Part shown: positions 17,727 to 27,603 of the stretch, in pieces | Position numbering within the stretch: position 1 is the stretch's first letter | Layout of the letters: every line of letters starts with the position of its first letter | Origin: a virus | Taxonomy: Duplodnaviria > Caudoviricetes | Strand: one strand, 5' to 3' | DNA: 64,000 nt | Virus record (IMG/VR): IMGVR_UViG_2838042994_000001 | Location: 756 to 64,755 of that record | Notes under the pieces: model-generated | Database searches by the model: none | Told to the model about the DNA's origin: nothing | The model's input: only the letters and a program-made list of their open reading frames with translations | Program-made: the position numbers and the translations under genes

Positions 17727-18402
17727 TGAAGCTGACGTTTGGTCTGGTTCCCTTGTTGATGGCGTCCTGCGTCACATCCATCCCGCGGTCTTCCGCCAGG
17801 TGGCATAGACACGTAGGCTGTTCGAAATTCAGATCAGCACCATCGGGAATGAGTTCGCGCACTGCCGGAGTGATCGACACAGTCCACGTGTCGCCATCTA
17901 TCTCGGTAGCCGGCCCGGTCTCATAAAGCGCGTGATTATAGGAGAACCGGACGCCGACAAGGTCAGCCGCTGCCTTGATTATCCGCAACGATATGCTGGT
18001 TGAGCCGATCGGCGTAACGCCAACTGAAACAACAGAAATCGCGCCCTGCTCGTAGAGCATATCGTCATCGAATGTCGTATCGTCGCTGTGCAACGTGTCG
18101 GTGCCCGGCTCGAAACGACCAGACAGATAGGGCGCCGAAAGCGAAGATGGCACGCGGACGGATATAAGGCCGGAACGACCGCCAAGCTTCGTGCGCATGG
18201 CCTGCCATGTTCGCCATTGATCTCGATACCGGTTCTGCACAACAATGCCGGTGTAGTCGATCGCCCAATAGCCAAGATCTGTGCGGATGACTGGCTCGAC
18301 GCCGCCGAGAGATCTGCCGCCGCTTCTCGTGAAAGCGACGACATTTGCCTGCACCTGCTGTGGCGTGAGCAGACAGGTCGGCCAGTTGATGACATCGGGC
18401 AT
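17692..18402 (-). CDS. Distal tail protein-like
   Basis: Directly after tape measure gene. Confidence 0.7.
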   Translation of the reverse strand: MPDVINWPTCLLTPQQVQANVVAFTRSGGRSLGGVEPVIRTDLGYWAIDYTGIVVQNRYRDQWRTWQAMRTKLGGRSGLISVRVPSSLSAPYLSGRFEPGTDTLHSDDTTFDDDMLYEQGAISVVSVGVTPIGSTSISLRIIKAAADLVGVRFSYNHALYETGPATEIDGDTWTVSITPAVRELIPDGADLNFEQPTCLCHLAEDRGMDVTQDAINKGTRPNVSFIEATDYWNSLA

Positions 18403-18406
18403 GGTT

Positions 18407-20986
18407 TTATCCGTTCCTGTAATCGCTGCCTGCGCTGTCGTTCTGGTATTTCGCCATGGTGGGCACGACCTGCTGATTTGCGGCTGACAGGATGCGCGGG
18501 CTGGCCGCAGTCACCGTGTCCTGGCTCACGCTCTTCACGTAGGCACGCAGGCCGCCGGTATCGTCGACGGAAACTCCGACCTGGATCTGCGTCTTGCCGC
18601 CGCCGCTTGTCTTTGTGCCACGAGGCAACACGACTTCGCCGCGCTGCAGGATTGCCGGAACCTCGCCCGGCTGCAGGCCAGCAACGCCGCCAGTGTGATA
18701 GCGCTTGGCTCCAGAGAACGTCGAAGGCGAGACGCTGCGGCCATGGCCATAGCCGTCTGATCCCGCGACACCTCCAGAGTGAAGGATGCCAGGGATGATC
18801 ATTCCACCGAGGAGGCCGCCACCGCCGCCGCCAAACAGGCCACCGCCACCAGCCCCACCAAAGATGGCGTTGAGCGAAACATCGATGAGCTTGTCCACGA
18901 CCTTATCGAGCGCGCCTGCGAGCGCTTCAGCGGCAGACTTGCCGCTGCGGAGGTCGCTGATGAAGCCGCCAACAACGTCGCGACCCAGATCACGAAACTC
19001 TTCAGCTGACTTTTTCAGCCTCTCCTGCGAGACCTTGAGCCCTTCGCTCGCCGATGACGCCTTGGCGTAATTGGTAGATAGGGTGTCAATGCTCGCTGCG
19101 AGTTCTGGCGTGATGGTCACGCCAGCTTTTTGCGCCTCAGAAAGGAGCTCCTGCTGGATCTTTGCCTTTTCAACAGCGAACCCGTAATCGTTGATGAGTG
19201 GGTTCAGTTGAGCTTGCGCAGCATATTGAGCGTTGAGGACGTCAATGCGCTTCTGGATTTCCGCGACATCGCCTTGGAATATCTGATCCGGTGATTTCTT
19301 GTCGCCGAGGCCGGCGTCATTCATTGAGACGCCAGTGCCGGAAAGGTAGGATTCAGCTTCCTGCTTGCGGCGCCCAGGGTTGGAACTCAAGGCGGCGATG
19401 GCCTTGGCCACTTTCTCAGGGCCACCGCCATCCTGGATGGCTTTTACGACGGCGTCTGGTAGCGAACCGTAGTTGTAGGCAATCGACGTCAGCGCAGCCT
19501 GCTGCGCCTCAGAGAGGCTTTTCCATGTATCGATCCCGATCGCCTTCTGAATTCCGTCCTGGAATTCGACAATGCGCCGGGAAAGATCGCGCTGCGCGTC
19601 ATCGAGCGTGACGACGGTATCCTTGGTGACCTTCTCGACGGATCCGTTGGCTCTGGTTGCGGTGTCGCTACCGAAGCCCACGCGGAAAGCGTTGGTGTCC
19701 CATTTGGCGTTGGTGATGAAGCCTTCGAATGAGCGGATAAGTTTTGCCGCAGCCGACTTGCCGACCTCATCCAACTGCGCATCGTTGATGTCGGAGTTGT
19801 GCGCTTCTTCGCTGTTCTGGAACCTGCCGTCTCCGGAATACACCGGAGGAATGGTGCCCAGCGGGGATTTGTTGATCTGGGCCTGAAGGCTATTAAGATT
19901 TTTGGCATACTCGCCGACTTGCGTGAGCGCCTGCCCCATCGCCGGGATCAGCTCAGTTCGGATCTTTCCGGCAACCCTGGAGATCGCGTCTCCGCCGTTC
20001 GCCCCGAGCCCCAGCGCTTCTGCCGTTAGTCCAGCAATCGCGTCCTTCGCCTGCTCACCGGTCAGATGGACCGTCTTCAAGCGCTTTTGGGTTTCCTCGA
20101 TCGCATCCTGGAGCGGCAGAGATTCATTTGCCGATAGGCGCAATTGCTTGGCCAGCTCCCTGATATTCTCAGGGATGCCCTTCATGCCTTCAATGCGTTC
20201 CATTTCCAGCGAAAATTCGCGAAAATCAGGCACGTCTTTCTTGAGTAGCGACAGCGCCTTCTGAAAATCTCGGACGGTCTGCGTTGCGCCATGGAAGTCA
20301 TCGACCGGCACGCTGAGGATGTCGCCAGAGAGATCTTTGCCAGCGGCGGCGATAGCCTTTTGCAGGCTGCCGAACTCATCCTTGAGCTTCTGCAGCTGGA
20401 TTTTCTGAACCGACGCAGAATAGCCTTCTACGCTCTTTTTCGCGATGCCCCACGCCTGGTCAAACGACTTGATCAGCTCGGCGTGGGCCTTGAGCAGCTT
20501 TTCAGCGTCCGGAACATCCGATTTCAGCGTCGAAAAATACTGCACCGCCGCGCCGGCGAGGCCGATAAGCGCGAACGATGCCAGCGAAATCGGGCTAACC
20601 ATCGAGGCGAAAGCGCCACCGAGCGTCTTAACGATGCCGCCGAGGCCGCCGCCGGTCGAGTTGAGTGCCTGGGCCACCTGGCTGCCCTGCTGCATCATCA
20701 CCTGAAATGGTGAAGATCCGCCGGCCAGCGATGTCGCGATATCGTTCAACTGAAACGAAAGGTTCTGCACCGCGGCGCGCTGCGCTCCGAGCGAAGCCTC
20801 GACCTTGCGGCCAGAGTTTACGAAGCTGTTGGCCGAATTGTCGTTGGCCTTCTTAAACTTGGTCTCAATGTCTGTCGCGGTCTGCCCGGCGCGCTTTGCG
20901 ATCGCGGCGAGCTGCTTTTCTGACTGCTTCTGCGTAAATTCGATGGAGACCAGCAGCCGCGCCAGATCTTCCGTGGTTGCCGCCAT
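18407..20986 (-). CDS. Tape measure protein with internal lysozyme-like domain
   Basis: QLNDIATSL...QQGSQV motif; LIRSFEGF...FRVGFG...ALTSIAYNYG; C-terminal HSGGVAG. Confidence 0.9.
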   Translation of the reverse strand: MAATTEDLARLLVSIEFTQKQSEKQLAAIAKRAGQTATDIETKFKKANDNSANSFVNSGRKVEASLGAQRAAVQNLSFQLNDIATSLAGGSSPFQVMMQQGSQVAQALNSTGGGLGGIVKTLGGAFASMVSPISLASFALIGLAGAAVQYFSTLKSDVPDAEKLLKAHAELIKSFDQAWGIAKKSVEGYSASVQKIQLQKLKDEFGSLQKAIAAAGKDLSGDILSVPVDDFHGATQTVRDFQKALSLLKKDVPDFREFSLEMERIEGMKGIPENIRELAKQLRLSANESLPLQDAIEETQKRLKTVHLTGEQAKDAIAGLTAEALGLGANGGDAISRVAGKIRTELIPAMGQALTQVGEYAKNLNSLQAQINKSPLGTIPPVYSGDGRFQNSEEAHNSDINDAQLDEVGKSAAAKLIRSFEGFITNAKWDTNAFRVGFGSDTATRANGSVEKVTKDTVVTLDDAQRDLSRRIVEFQDGIQKAIGIDTWKSLSEAQQAALTSIAYNYGSLPDAVVKAIQDGGGPEKVAKAIAALSSNPGRRKQEAESYLSGTGVSMNDAGLGDKKSPDQIFQGDVAEIQKRIDVLNAQYAAQAQLNPLINDYGFAVEKAKIQQELLSEAQKAGVTITPELAASIDTLSTNYAKASSASEGLKVSQERLKKSAEEFRDLGRDVVGGFISDLRSGKSAAEALAGALDKVVDKLIDVSLNAIFGGAGGGGLFGGGGGGLLGGMIIPGILHSGGVAGSDGYGHGRSVSPSTFSGAKRYHTGGVAGLQPGEVPAILQRGEVVLPRGTKTSGGGKTQIQVGVSVDDTGGLRAYVKSVSQDTVTAASPRILSAANQQVVPTMAKYQNDSAGSDYRNG

Positions 20987-20989
20987 CCG

Positions 20990-21238
20990 TTAAAATCCTT
21001 CAATACCGAGATTGGCCAGTTGCTCGTCGCCCATCGCAGGTGGTGGCGTCTCTTCGGTCTGGTGAGCCTTGCGGTAGCCTTCGGTGCAGGCGGCAAATTC
21101 CCAGAGCGTGCAATCATCGACCTCGCGAGGAGAAAATCCGATCACGGCGCCGGCGGCATAGTAAGACGACCACTTCGTTTTGCCATTCGGCAGCGGGTTA
21201 GGGTCTGTTCTGCCCTCCCCGCCTCCTACTCCCCCGGC
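20990..21238 (-). CDS. Frameshift extension (gpT-like part) of tail assembly chaperone
   Basis: Open -1 frame with no early ATG, entered at G GGG GAG just before chaperone stop; ends just before TMP start. Confidence 0.7.
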   Translation of the reverse strand, partial: AGGVGGGEGRTDPNPLPNGKTKWSSYYAAGAVIGFSPREVDDCTLWEFAACTEGYRKAHQTEETPPPAMGDEQLANLGIEGF

Positions 21239-21561
21239 TCACCACTTGGCTGGTCGTCAGTTTCCCACATGACGAAGCGCCGAAGGATATCTGCGGCCGG
21301 AACGGCAAGTGCGTAAGGGCTGGCGATGTCGAGCGCCGAATCCAGCACCTTCTGTGCATCGCGCTCCTGCATGCCGCCACCGATAAGGCCAAGCCGGATT
21401 GGCTGGATCACGTCATCGATCTTGAACTGCGAAGACAGGAGGCGCATCAGGACCACTGCGCAGCCGGCGTCACTGCGCTGCTCGATAGCGCGCAATTCGC
21501 CGATGCCAAGGCGGAAGGAGTGCTCACCTCCCGCCCATACAATTGATTCAGAGCCTCTCAT
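21226..21561 (-). CDS. Tail assembly chaperone (gpG-like)
   Basis: FRLGIGELRAIEQ; position upstream of TMP. Confidence 0.78.
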   Translation of the reverse strand: MRGSESIVWAGGEHSFRLGIGELRAIEQRSDAGCAVVLMRLLSSQFKIDDVIQPIRLGLIGGGMQERDAQKVLDSALDIASPYALAVPAADILRRFVMWETDDQPSGEPGE

Positions 21562-22346
21562 GCGGCATCCTCTCGTGCAAAATCTTCTGGAAAATTGAGG
21601 TGGCAGTCAAAGCCCCACGCCTCGAATGCAGCCTTGTCGTATGCGCGTGCGGCTTGTTCTGGAGTTTGAAAACTTCCAAGAAAGCGCTGCTCTCCGCCAC
21701 ACTTTAGCGACGCTACCCACTTATTCCTCAATGGCTTAAAAGAAATGCCTTTGAAGTCACCTGTAGGCTTCTTCTTGCGACCAGCAATTCCAACTTTTTC
21801 GCGCGCATCATCTGTGTGCCTCTTGCCCATTCGGCCGGCACCAATTTTAGCTATAGTCTCAAGGCTGTGCTTTTTACCTGATCGAGCCAATCTCATCTTG
21901 AGGCGCACATCAATGCCGATAACTCTACCGGTATGCGCGTCACTCAGTTTAGCGCGCGTCACATCACTCACATTCTTTTTGGCTTCGCTTATTCGCGATC
22001 TGTGCTCTTCGCTTTTTGGCTTTCCACGTTGAGCGGCGCTCATTTTTGCGCGTGTTTCTGCACTTCTTGCCGCTCCTCCAGCACCCTCTCCGCCATCTGT
22101 CTTGTTGACCAGTAAGCCGCCCATCTCACGGCGACCATAAAGCTCAATCAACTCGACTTCCCTAGCGTGCGCTTGAGATTCGTGCATAAACCAGTCGACT
22201 ATCTCGACAGAGCATCCGCCATTAGCGTGCACACATTTGAATTCTTTAGAACGATTTGTGGTATTGTGGGCTCGCTTGCCCTTGCCTTTGCCAACGTAGA
22301 AAGGCACGCCAGAAGCATCACGCCAGATGTACGTGTAAAATTCCAT
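21558..22346 (-). CDS. GIY-YIG/NUMOD3/AP2 homing endonuclease (paralogue of 5047..5970)
   Basis: YTYIW...FYVGKG, NKTDGGEG, NUMOD3 repeats, FKGI...FLGSF...AARAYD. Confidence 0.88.
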   Translation of the reverse strand: MEFYTYIWRDASGVPFYVGKGKGKRAHNTTNRSKEFKCVHANGGCSVEIVDWFMHESQAHAREVELIELYGRREMGGLLVNKTDGGEGAGGAARSAETRAKMSAAQRGKPKSEEHRSRISEAKKNVSDVTRAKLSDAHTGRVIGIDVRLKMRLARSGKKHSLETIAKIGAGRMGKRHTDDAREKVGIAGRKKKPTGDFKGISFKPLRNKWVASLKCGGEQRFLGSFQTPEQAARAYDKAAFEAWGFDCHLNFPEDFAREDAA

Positions 22347-22466
22347 CGCAAGTATCCCTCTCGCAATCCAGATGTAGCGTTCGGCAGGCGGCTGGATGAC
22401 CGCTTTTCGGGAGCTACCCTAGCCGAACAACGCATATATAGGCGGCTGGCCGCCTATAAGCAATTT

Positions 22467-22913
22467 TTACGGCTTCATCGTCCTGGTCGGGATGCCGTCA
22501 AACTCAATCGATAGCTCGGCTGTTACCTTCGTGCCCCGCTCGGCTTGGTTATTTATGGAAACCAAATATGCATTGCCTGTTTCGTACTCGGTGTCACCGA
22601 CAGCGGCGTTGACGTGATGAATGCGGATGCTCTTAGTCTGGCCGGATTCCCACCAGTCGAGAAGAACCTCGTGGCTCTGCGATGCCCAGACGCCAGATGC
22701 CGAGATCGTCGCCTCGGACGACTGAACCGCCCTCTCCACAGCCGCAGGCAGCGATTCGTCATCGCAGTCCGGAACTTCGGAAGTCGACATATTGTGCTGG
22801 CGGTTGATGCCGCGCGACGTCAGGCCGCAAATGCGGGAATAAACGCCGGAGCCGTTGGTGACCTCGACCTCGAGGACCATCTGATGAAAATTCGCGGTGG
22901 TTGCGCGCGTCAT
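22467..22913 (-). CDS. Major tail tube protein
   Basis: CGLTSRGIN...PDCDD...SASG; position. Confidence 0.82.
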   Translation of the reverse strand: MTRATTANFHQMVLEVEVTNGSGVYSRICGLTSRGINRQHNMSTSEVPDCDDESLPAAVERAVQSSEATISASGVWASQSHEVLLDWWESGQTKSIRIHHVNAAVGDTEYETGNAYLVSINNQAERGTKVTAELSIEFDGIPTRTMKP

Positions 22914-22957
22914 TCAATTCTCCAATAAAAAGCCGCCCTGCGGCGGCTGGTCATGGG

Positions 22958-23149
22958 CTACGCGCCCACCTTCTGTTTTTCTTGCCGTCTAGGCGGCTTT
23001 GCCTTTGTCGCGCGGCCGATCGATATGGCGTGCTCGACGAAGTCGTGCGGAAAGTTTTGAGGCTCTGGTTTTGGCTTGGCGTGGAAGCCGAAGCGGCTGC
23101 GCGGCCGGCTCCAGTGCACCTCTCGGTGAAACACCGCCCATGCCATCAC
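22958..23149 (-). CDS. Small hypothetical protein
   Basis: ATGA overlap in neck cluster. Confidence 0.5.
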   Translation of the reverse strand: MMAWAVFHREVHWSRPRSRFGFHAKPKPEPQNFPHDFVEHAISIGRATKAKPPRRQEKQKVGA

Positions 23150-23565
23150 TCGGGCTCCTCGATGCTGGCCGTGACACTCACGAGACCATGTGTGGTGAGG
23201 CCGTCAGAATCGGTGAAGACGCGGCTGAATTCCACGCGTATCTCGGCAAGTGCGTTGTCGGTAAGCGCCAACTCCTGCAGGTGCAGTGCTTTCGTGACGA
23301 GGTGGACGAGACGCTTTGCCTCTACCTGCCCGGCAGCCGCGCTCCAGATGTCGACCTGGAACGTATTCAGGCCGCTGGCAATGCAGTCGGCGCCATCCTC
23401 GACCGTGTCGGATGGGCCAAAGCTGATATAGGCGGTCTTCGTTTTGTACGGCTCGGCCGGCACGCGGTCATAGACGCCGCCGACCAGCGCAGCGATGTCG
23501 GCATTGAGCCTCAGTGTGTCATAGACAAGCTTCTGCAGTTCAGCCTGCGGCGCTTCTGCCATCAA
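23146..23565 (-). CDS. Tail terminator (DUF3168-like)
   Basis: VYDRVP...YISFG...QVDIWS. Confidence 0.82.
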   Translation of the reverse strand: MMAEAPQAELQKLVYDTLRLNADIAALVGGVYDRVPAEPYKTKTAYISFGPSDTVEDGADCIASGLNTFQVDIWSAAAGQVEAKRLVHLVTKALHLQELALTDNALAEIRVEFSRVFTDSDGLTTHGLVSVTASIEEPE

Positions 23566-24053
23566 TCAGCCTCCGCCGCAGTCGGCGGCCCTTGTAGCCT
23601 CATCGCCGCGCGCGTCTGGCGCTTGATGCGGTCCTGGATGCGCTTTCGCAGCGATCGGTATGATGGAAAGAAGAATGGCTGCGCGTGCGCGCCAGGGTGA
23701 CCGTTGGCGGTGCCTTTGAAGCTCTTGTTGCCACCGCCCTTGGCGACGTTGTGCGGCGCGGTGCCGAACTCGACCCAGGCGGCGTAATAGGCTTTCTCGC
23801 TGCCTGCGTAGACAGTGATGCGAAGTCCGCGCTCATTCGGATCGCTCTGCGCAATCACCTTCGAACCCTTCGGAGCATTGCCCCAAGTCCATCCGATGCT
23901 GTCACGCAGATCGCCGCTGTCCTTCGGAACGAGCCGCTTCATCATCGCGACGAGTTCGTCGGCGCCCTTCTCCATTGCGCCGCGGGCCGCGAGCTCGATG
24001 CGCTTTGGGATGAAGGCTACCTTCTTGTTGAGATCGCCGATGCCTTGAACCAT
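23562..24053 (-). CDS. HK97 gp10-like neck protein
   Basis: VPKDSGDLRDSI...WVEFGT...AQPFFFP. Confidence 0.85.
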   Translation of the reverse strand: MVQGIGDLNKKVAFIPKRIELAARGAMEKGADELVAMMKRLVPKDSGDLRDSIGWTWGNAPKGSKVIAQSDPNERGLRITVYAGSEKAYYAAWVEFGTAPHNVAKGGGNKSFKGTANGHPGAHAQPFFFPSYRSLRKRIQDRIKRQTRAAMRLQGPPTAAEAD

Positions 24054-24071
24054 GCATGCTCCATCGCCGCT

Positions 24072-24407
24072 CTACGCGACGACGCCGCGCTCACAAAGGA
24101 AGTCGATCCACTTGTTGTCAGTTGACGCAGTCACGTCATGGATCGCGTATTCGGCGCCAGATCGCATGTCTGTGATGCGCCACTCGGCCGTTACGCGCCT
24201 CGTGGCGGCGCCCGCTCTGACGCGGATGATTTGCGGGTGTCGGTTTTCCAGGCGAGCGGCGATAACACTCTCGCCGCCGCGCAGATGCGTGTATTCTGCA
24301 GCATCCTGGAACTGCTCAACCCAGCCGGCTACGGTGTTTCCGAAACCATCATCCTGTTCATTGCGAACGGCAAAAGAGACGCGCTCTCTTAGCGCGCCTG
24401 CCGCCAT
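24072..24407 (-). CDS. Head closure/head-tail adaptor
   Basis: AGALRERVSF...DGFGN...W. Confidence 0.82.
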   Translation of the reverse strand: MAAGALRERVSFAVRNEQDDGFGNTVAGWVEQFQDAAEYTHLRGGESVIAARLENRHPQIIRVRAGAATRRVTAEWRITDMRSGAEYAIHDVTASTDNKWIDFLCERGVVA

Positions 24408-24832
24408 TACGGGCTAGCTACGCCAGAATACTGGAAGTCGATGTTCAGAACCGACGTCGAAGACGCCAGACCGACGATCGTGTAGTAGTCGCCGCCAGTG
24501 ATATCGGCTAGCGGACACAACTTGCCAGGGGTATCAGACAGATACAAAGTTTGGCCGGCGGTGAACACGGCGCCGAGGGTCACCGGGCCGCCAGTCTGAA
24601 CGACGATCGGCTGATTTGCTGCGGCGCTGTTGAGCGCAACGCCGATGTTGCCGGTCTGGCCGCGAGCTTCGGCCGAGGCCGCGTCGCTATCAGCTAGCTG
24701 CCATTTGCCAGTCGTTGCGGTGTCAAGATATACGAAGTCGCCGGCGGCGATAGCCGCGCCGGCGGTGCCGGTTTTGGTCGTCGCGCCGGTGCCAGCCACG
24801 ACGCTCGCGGGCGTTAGTGTGATGTCTGCCAT
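24407..24832 (-). CDS. Probable capsid decoration/head-fibre protein
   Basis: Ala/Gly/Thr-rich beta protein within head-completion cluster. Confidence 0.55.
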   Translation of the reverse strand: MADITLTPASVVAGTGATTKTGTAGAAIAAGDFVYLDTATTGKWQLADSDAASAEARGQTGNIGVALNSAAANQPIVVQTGGPVTLGAVFTAGQTLYLSDTPGKLCPLADITGGDYYTIVGLASSTSVLNIDFQYSGVASP

Positions 24833-24850
24833 TTGTGGGTCTCCTGCGGC

Positions 24851-25393
24851 TTACGCGCCGCGTCTGTAGTTGCAAAGCAAGGCGTCGAACGCAGACCAGC
24901 CGGGCAGCTCTTTGTTTTCGCGCTGCTCGTAGGCGTCGGCGATCCACAGCAACATCGCGTGTTTGATGGATGGCGGCAGTGAGGCATAACCGACGACGGC
25001 CGTCAGCGTGATGCGGGATCCGTTGCGAGGAACGGGCCACTGCTTGCCGTACGCTGGCACGATCGCCGCCTCTAGGCCGTCGAAACGCTGCTCGACATCG
25101 CCGAGAGTGACTGTCGCGTCTGTGCCATCGGTCGCAATGTACGCGATCGAGGTGACGGACTGCGCCGGAGCAGCCGGAAGGCGATCGAAATCGCAAAACC
25201 GGTCGCATTTCACTTCAATTGTTTGCGTCGCCAGCGGCGTATTGCAATAGCGTTCGACGTGGTCGCGTGCCGCAGATATCAACGCCTCGAAAAGCGCGTC
25301 ATCGTCGTCGTGAAGCACCACACAGTGGCGCTTCGCCTCTTCGACGGATATTGGATCAGTCGGCGCCTGCGTTACCTTCGGTGGATACCACAT
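24851..25393 (-). CDS. Head-tail connector (gp6-like)
   Basis: ISVEEAKRH...DDDALFEALISAAR...PPSIKHAMLL. Confidence 0.85.
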   Translation of the reverse strand: MWYPPKVTQAPTDPISVEEAKRHCVVLHDDDDALFEALISAARDHVERYCNTPLATQTIEVKCDRFCDFDRLPAAPAQSVTSIAYIATDGTDATVTLGDVEQRFDGLEAAIVPAYGKQWPVPRNGSRITLTAVVGYASLPPSIKHAMLLWIADAYEQRENKELPGWSAFDALLCNYRRGA

Positions 25394-25568
25394 TCGCCTT
25401 GCCCTTCTTGGTCTTGACCGGCGCTTCGACAGGCTCGTCAGCTTCCACCTTGGCGGCGAAGCCGGCGTCGATCAGGCGAGCAGCCTCGGCGTCGTCGAAC
25501 TCCCGCTCGTCGCCAGGCGACAAACAGAACTCCGGGCCGGACAGGCCGGCAGTCATTTTCAAAAGCAT
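25356..25568 (-). CDS. Small hypothetical head-region protein
   Basis: Between capsid and connector; EAARLIDAGFA. Confidence 0.6.
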   Translation of the reverse strand: MLLKMTAGLSGPEFCLSPGDEREFDDAEAARLIDAGFAAKVEADEPVEAPVKTKKGKANVVSTEGNAGAD

Positions 25569-25618
25569 ATCGCCTCCAGGAATGGATGCGGGCCGACCGA
25601 AGTCAGCCCGCCCATTGA

Positions 25619-26893
25619 TTAGGCCTGCACCAGGTACTTGACGGCCGCCGTGTCGAGCAGTTCGCCGTCGAAGCGGATCAGACCAGCGATACCGAGATCC
25701 GGCCAGAAGCGTTCGCGCAGGACGCCGATAACAGGGCCGCCAACCTTACGGACCCAGTACTTGCCGAGGTCGCCGAAGAGGATGGTCTTGTTGCCGGTCG
25801 CGATGTTCGCCATTGCCTGGTTGATCACGTAGCGGTAGCCGAGCAGGGTGCCAGGAGCGCCCTCCTTGACGTTGCCCATCTGCCAGAGATAGTTGCCCTG
25901 GCCGTCCTTCAGCTTGCGGATGGCCGCCAGCGTCAGGTCGTTGAACATGAAGCTGACCTTCGGCGAGATGCGGTATGCCGGGTCAACAGCATGCGACAGG
26001 TCGATGATTTCGTCAGCGGCAATTGCCGTGGCCGAAACGGCGGTCTTGCCGAGGGTGGAGGCGGTCACGATGCCGTTCGGAGCGCTAGAGCCAGTGCCGG
26101 TCGTCAGCTGGGCATTGGCGAGACGGCCGAGACGTTCGCCGAGCAGGTCAGCAAGCAGCGATTCCATGTTGAAGATGGAGTCCTGCGCGAGCTGCCAAGA
26201 GAACTTCACGAACTTCGTGTTGAAGTCGTAGGCCTCGAGCTGCTTCTGGCCGAAGACCGCGTCAGCAGAGCCGTCGTCAGTCAGCGCCGTGCCTTCCGTG
26301 CCCTGGACGCCCGTCTTGCTGGTGTCGTCTGTCGTCGGGATCGGCAGCGCGTTGCCAGAAGTCGTGTTGAGTTCGCTGATGATGTTGCCATCGTACATCG
26401 GACCCCATGCCTTCATGGAGCGAACCAGCATATTCTGCAGTTCGACCGGGACAGTGTAGCCGCCAGCGGCGTTCGTGCCACCGGTCTGGATACGCTGCTC
26501 GATGTTCTCGGTGCCGGCGCGCAGAACCTTGCGCTCTTCACCATCCAGGGCGTCAAGCGACGCGCCGTTGGCGAGGAACTTGAAGAATACTTCGCGATAT
26601 TCGGCCTTTTCGCCGGTCTCGGAACCAGCGGCGCGATCTTCGCCGGCGGCGCCGGGACGCTTCTTAGCGCGCTCTTCATCCTGCCGAGCAGCGAAGCGTG
26701 CTTCGAGTGCGGCCTGATCTTCTTCGCGCTTGATGTTGCGCTCGACGCGGTCGAATTCGGCCATGATGGTATCGTGGCGCTGTTCGAGCTCGACGGAACG
26801 GGCTTCGTCGGTGTTCTTTTTGATTTCGTCCAGGGCGGCGCGGGCTTCCGTTACGAGACGGCCGCGCTTTTCCTGCAGCTCAGTGAGAGTCAT
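25619..26893 (-). CDS. Major capsid protein (HK97 fold)
   Basis: Coiled delta domain, GGYTVP, ILFGD, RFDG. Confidence 0.95.
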   Translation of the reverse strand: MTLTELQEKRGRLVTEARAALDEIKKNTDEARSVELEQRHDTIMAEFDRVERNIKREEDQAALEARFAARQDEERAKKRPGAAGEDRAAGSETGEKAEYREVFFKFLANGASLDALDGEERKVLRAGTENIEQRIQTGGTNAAGGYTVPVELQNMLVRSMKAWGPMYDGNIISELNTTSGNALPIPTTDDTSKTGVQGTEGTALTDDGSADAVFGQKQLEAYDFNTKFVKFSWQLAQDSIFNMESLLADLLGERLGRLANAQLTTGTGSSAPNGIVTASTLGKTAVSATAIAADEIIDLSHAVDPAYRISPKVSFMFNDLTLAAIRKLKDGQGNYLWQMGNVKEGAPGTLLGYRYVINQAMANIATGNKTILFGDLGKYWVRKVGGPVIGVLRERFWPDLGIAGLIRFDGELLDTAAVKYLVQA

Positions 26894-26970
26894 GCAAGTC
26901 TCCAAATGTGGTGTGTGGTTGGTGTTATTGGCAGGACGTCTGTCCGGCCCTCCGGCTGGTGGCCGGGTGA

Positions 26971-27603
26971 CTACGCGACGTCCTGCCGGATGCCACGAAT
27001 CCTTTGTTCCATTGCCGCTCGCTTTTCAGCGACACGGCGCGCGGCGGCGGCGGCATTTTCAGCCTTGCGGCGCTCGTCTTCCTCGCGCGCTCCGCCCTCT
27101 GCCCTCGCCGCCTCTAGCGAGCGAAGGCCGATAGTCGTATCGTCATAGGCCGGCCACGCAACGGCGGAGACCTCGATCAGGTTAAGCTTCTCGATCGTCC
27201 GCACCGGCACCTGGCCGGTTTCATCCCAAGTTTCCTTGGTAACGCGGAAGCCGAAGCTCATGCCGCTGATGTCGCCGCGCTCGACGAGCACCCAGAGATC
27301 GTTGCCGTCGGTGGTGTCAGGCACATCGATCTCGACGCGGAGACCCTTGCCGTCCTCTTGCAGGCGCAAGGTGCCGCTCTTGCTGCGGCCAATCACACGC
27401 CCCATGTCATGGTCGACAAGGGCGCGGATATCGCCCTTGATGGCATCGGAGAAGGCGCCGGGCGCAATTTTCTCTTGAAAGTACCCGCCAATATCGGCCA
27501 GCCGCTCAAAAACCGCGGCGTAGCCAACGAGCGTGCGCTTGTCATCACTCGCGCGGTGCTCGACCGCGTCGAGATGACTGCGCTTTTCAATTTCTGTCGT
27601 CAT
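26971..27603 (-). CDS. Prohead maturation protease (HK97 family)
   Basis: GYAAVF...HD...GMSFGF...EVSAV. Confidence 0.93.
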   Translation of the reverse strand: MTTEIEKRSHLDAVEHRASDDKRTLVGYAAVFERLADIGGYFQEKIAPGAFSDAIKGDIRALVDHDMGRVIGRSKSGTLRLQEDGKGLRVEIDVPDTTDGNDLWVLVERGDISGMSFGFRVTKETWDETGQVPVRTIEKLNLIEVSAVAWPAYDDTTIGLRSLEAARAEGGAREEDERRKAENAAAAARRVAEKRAAMEQRIRGIRQDVA

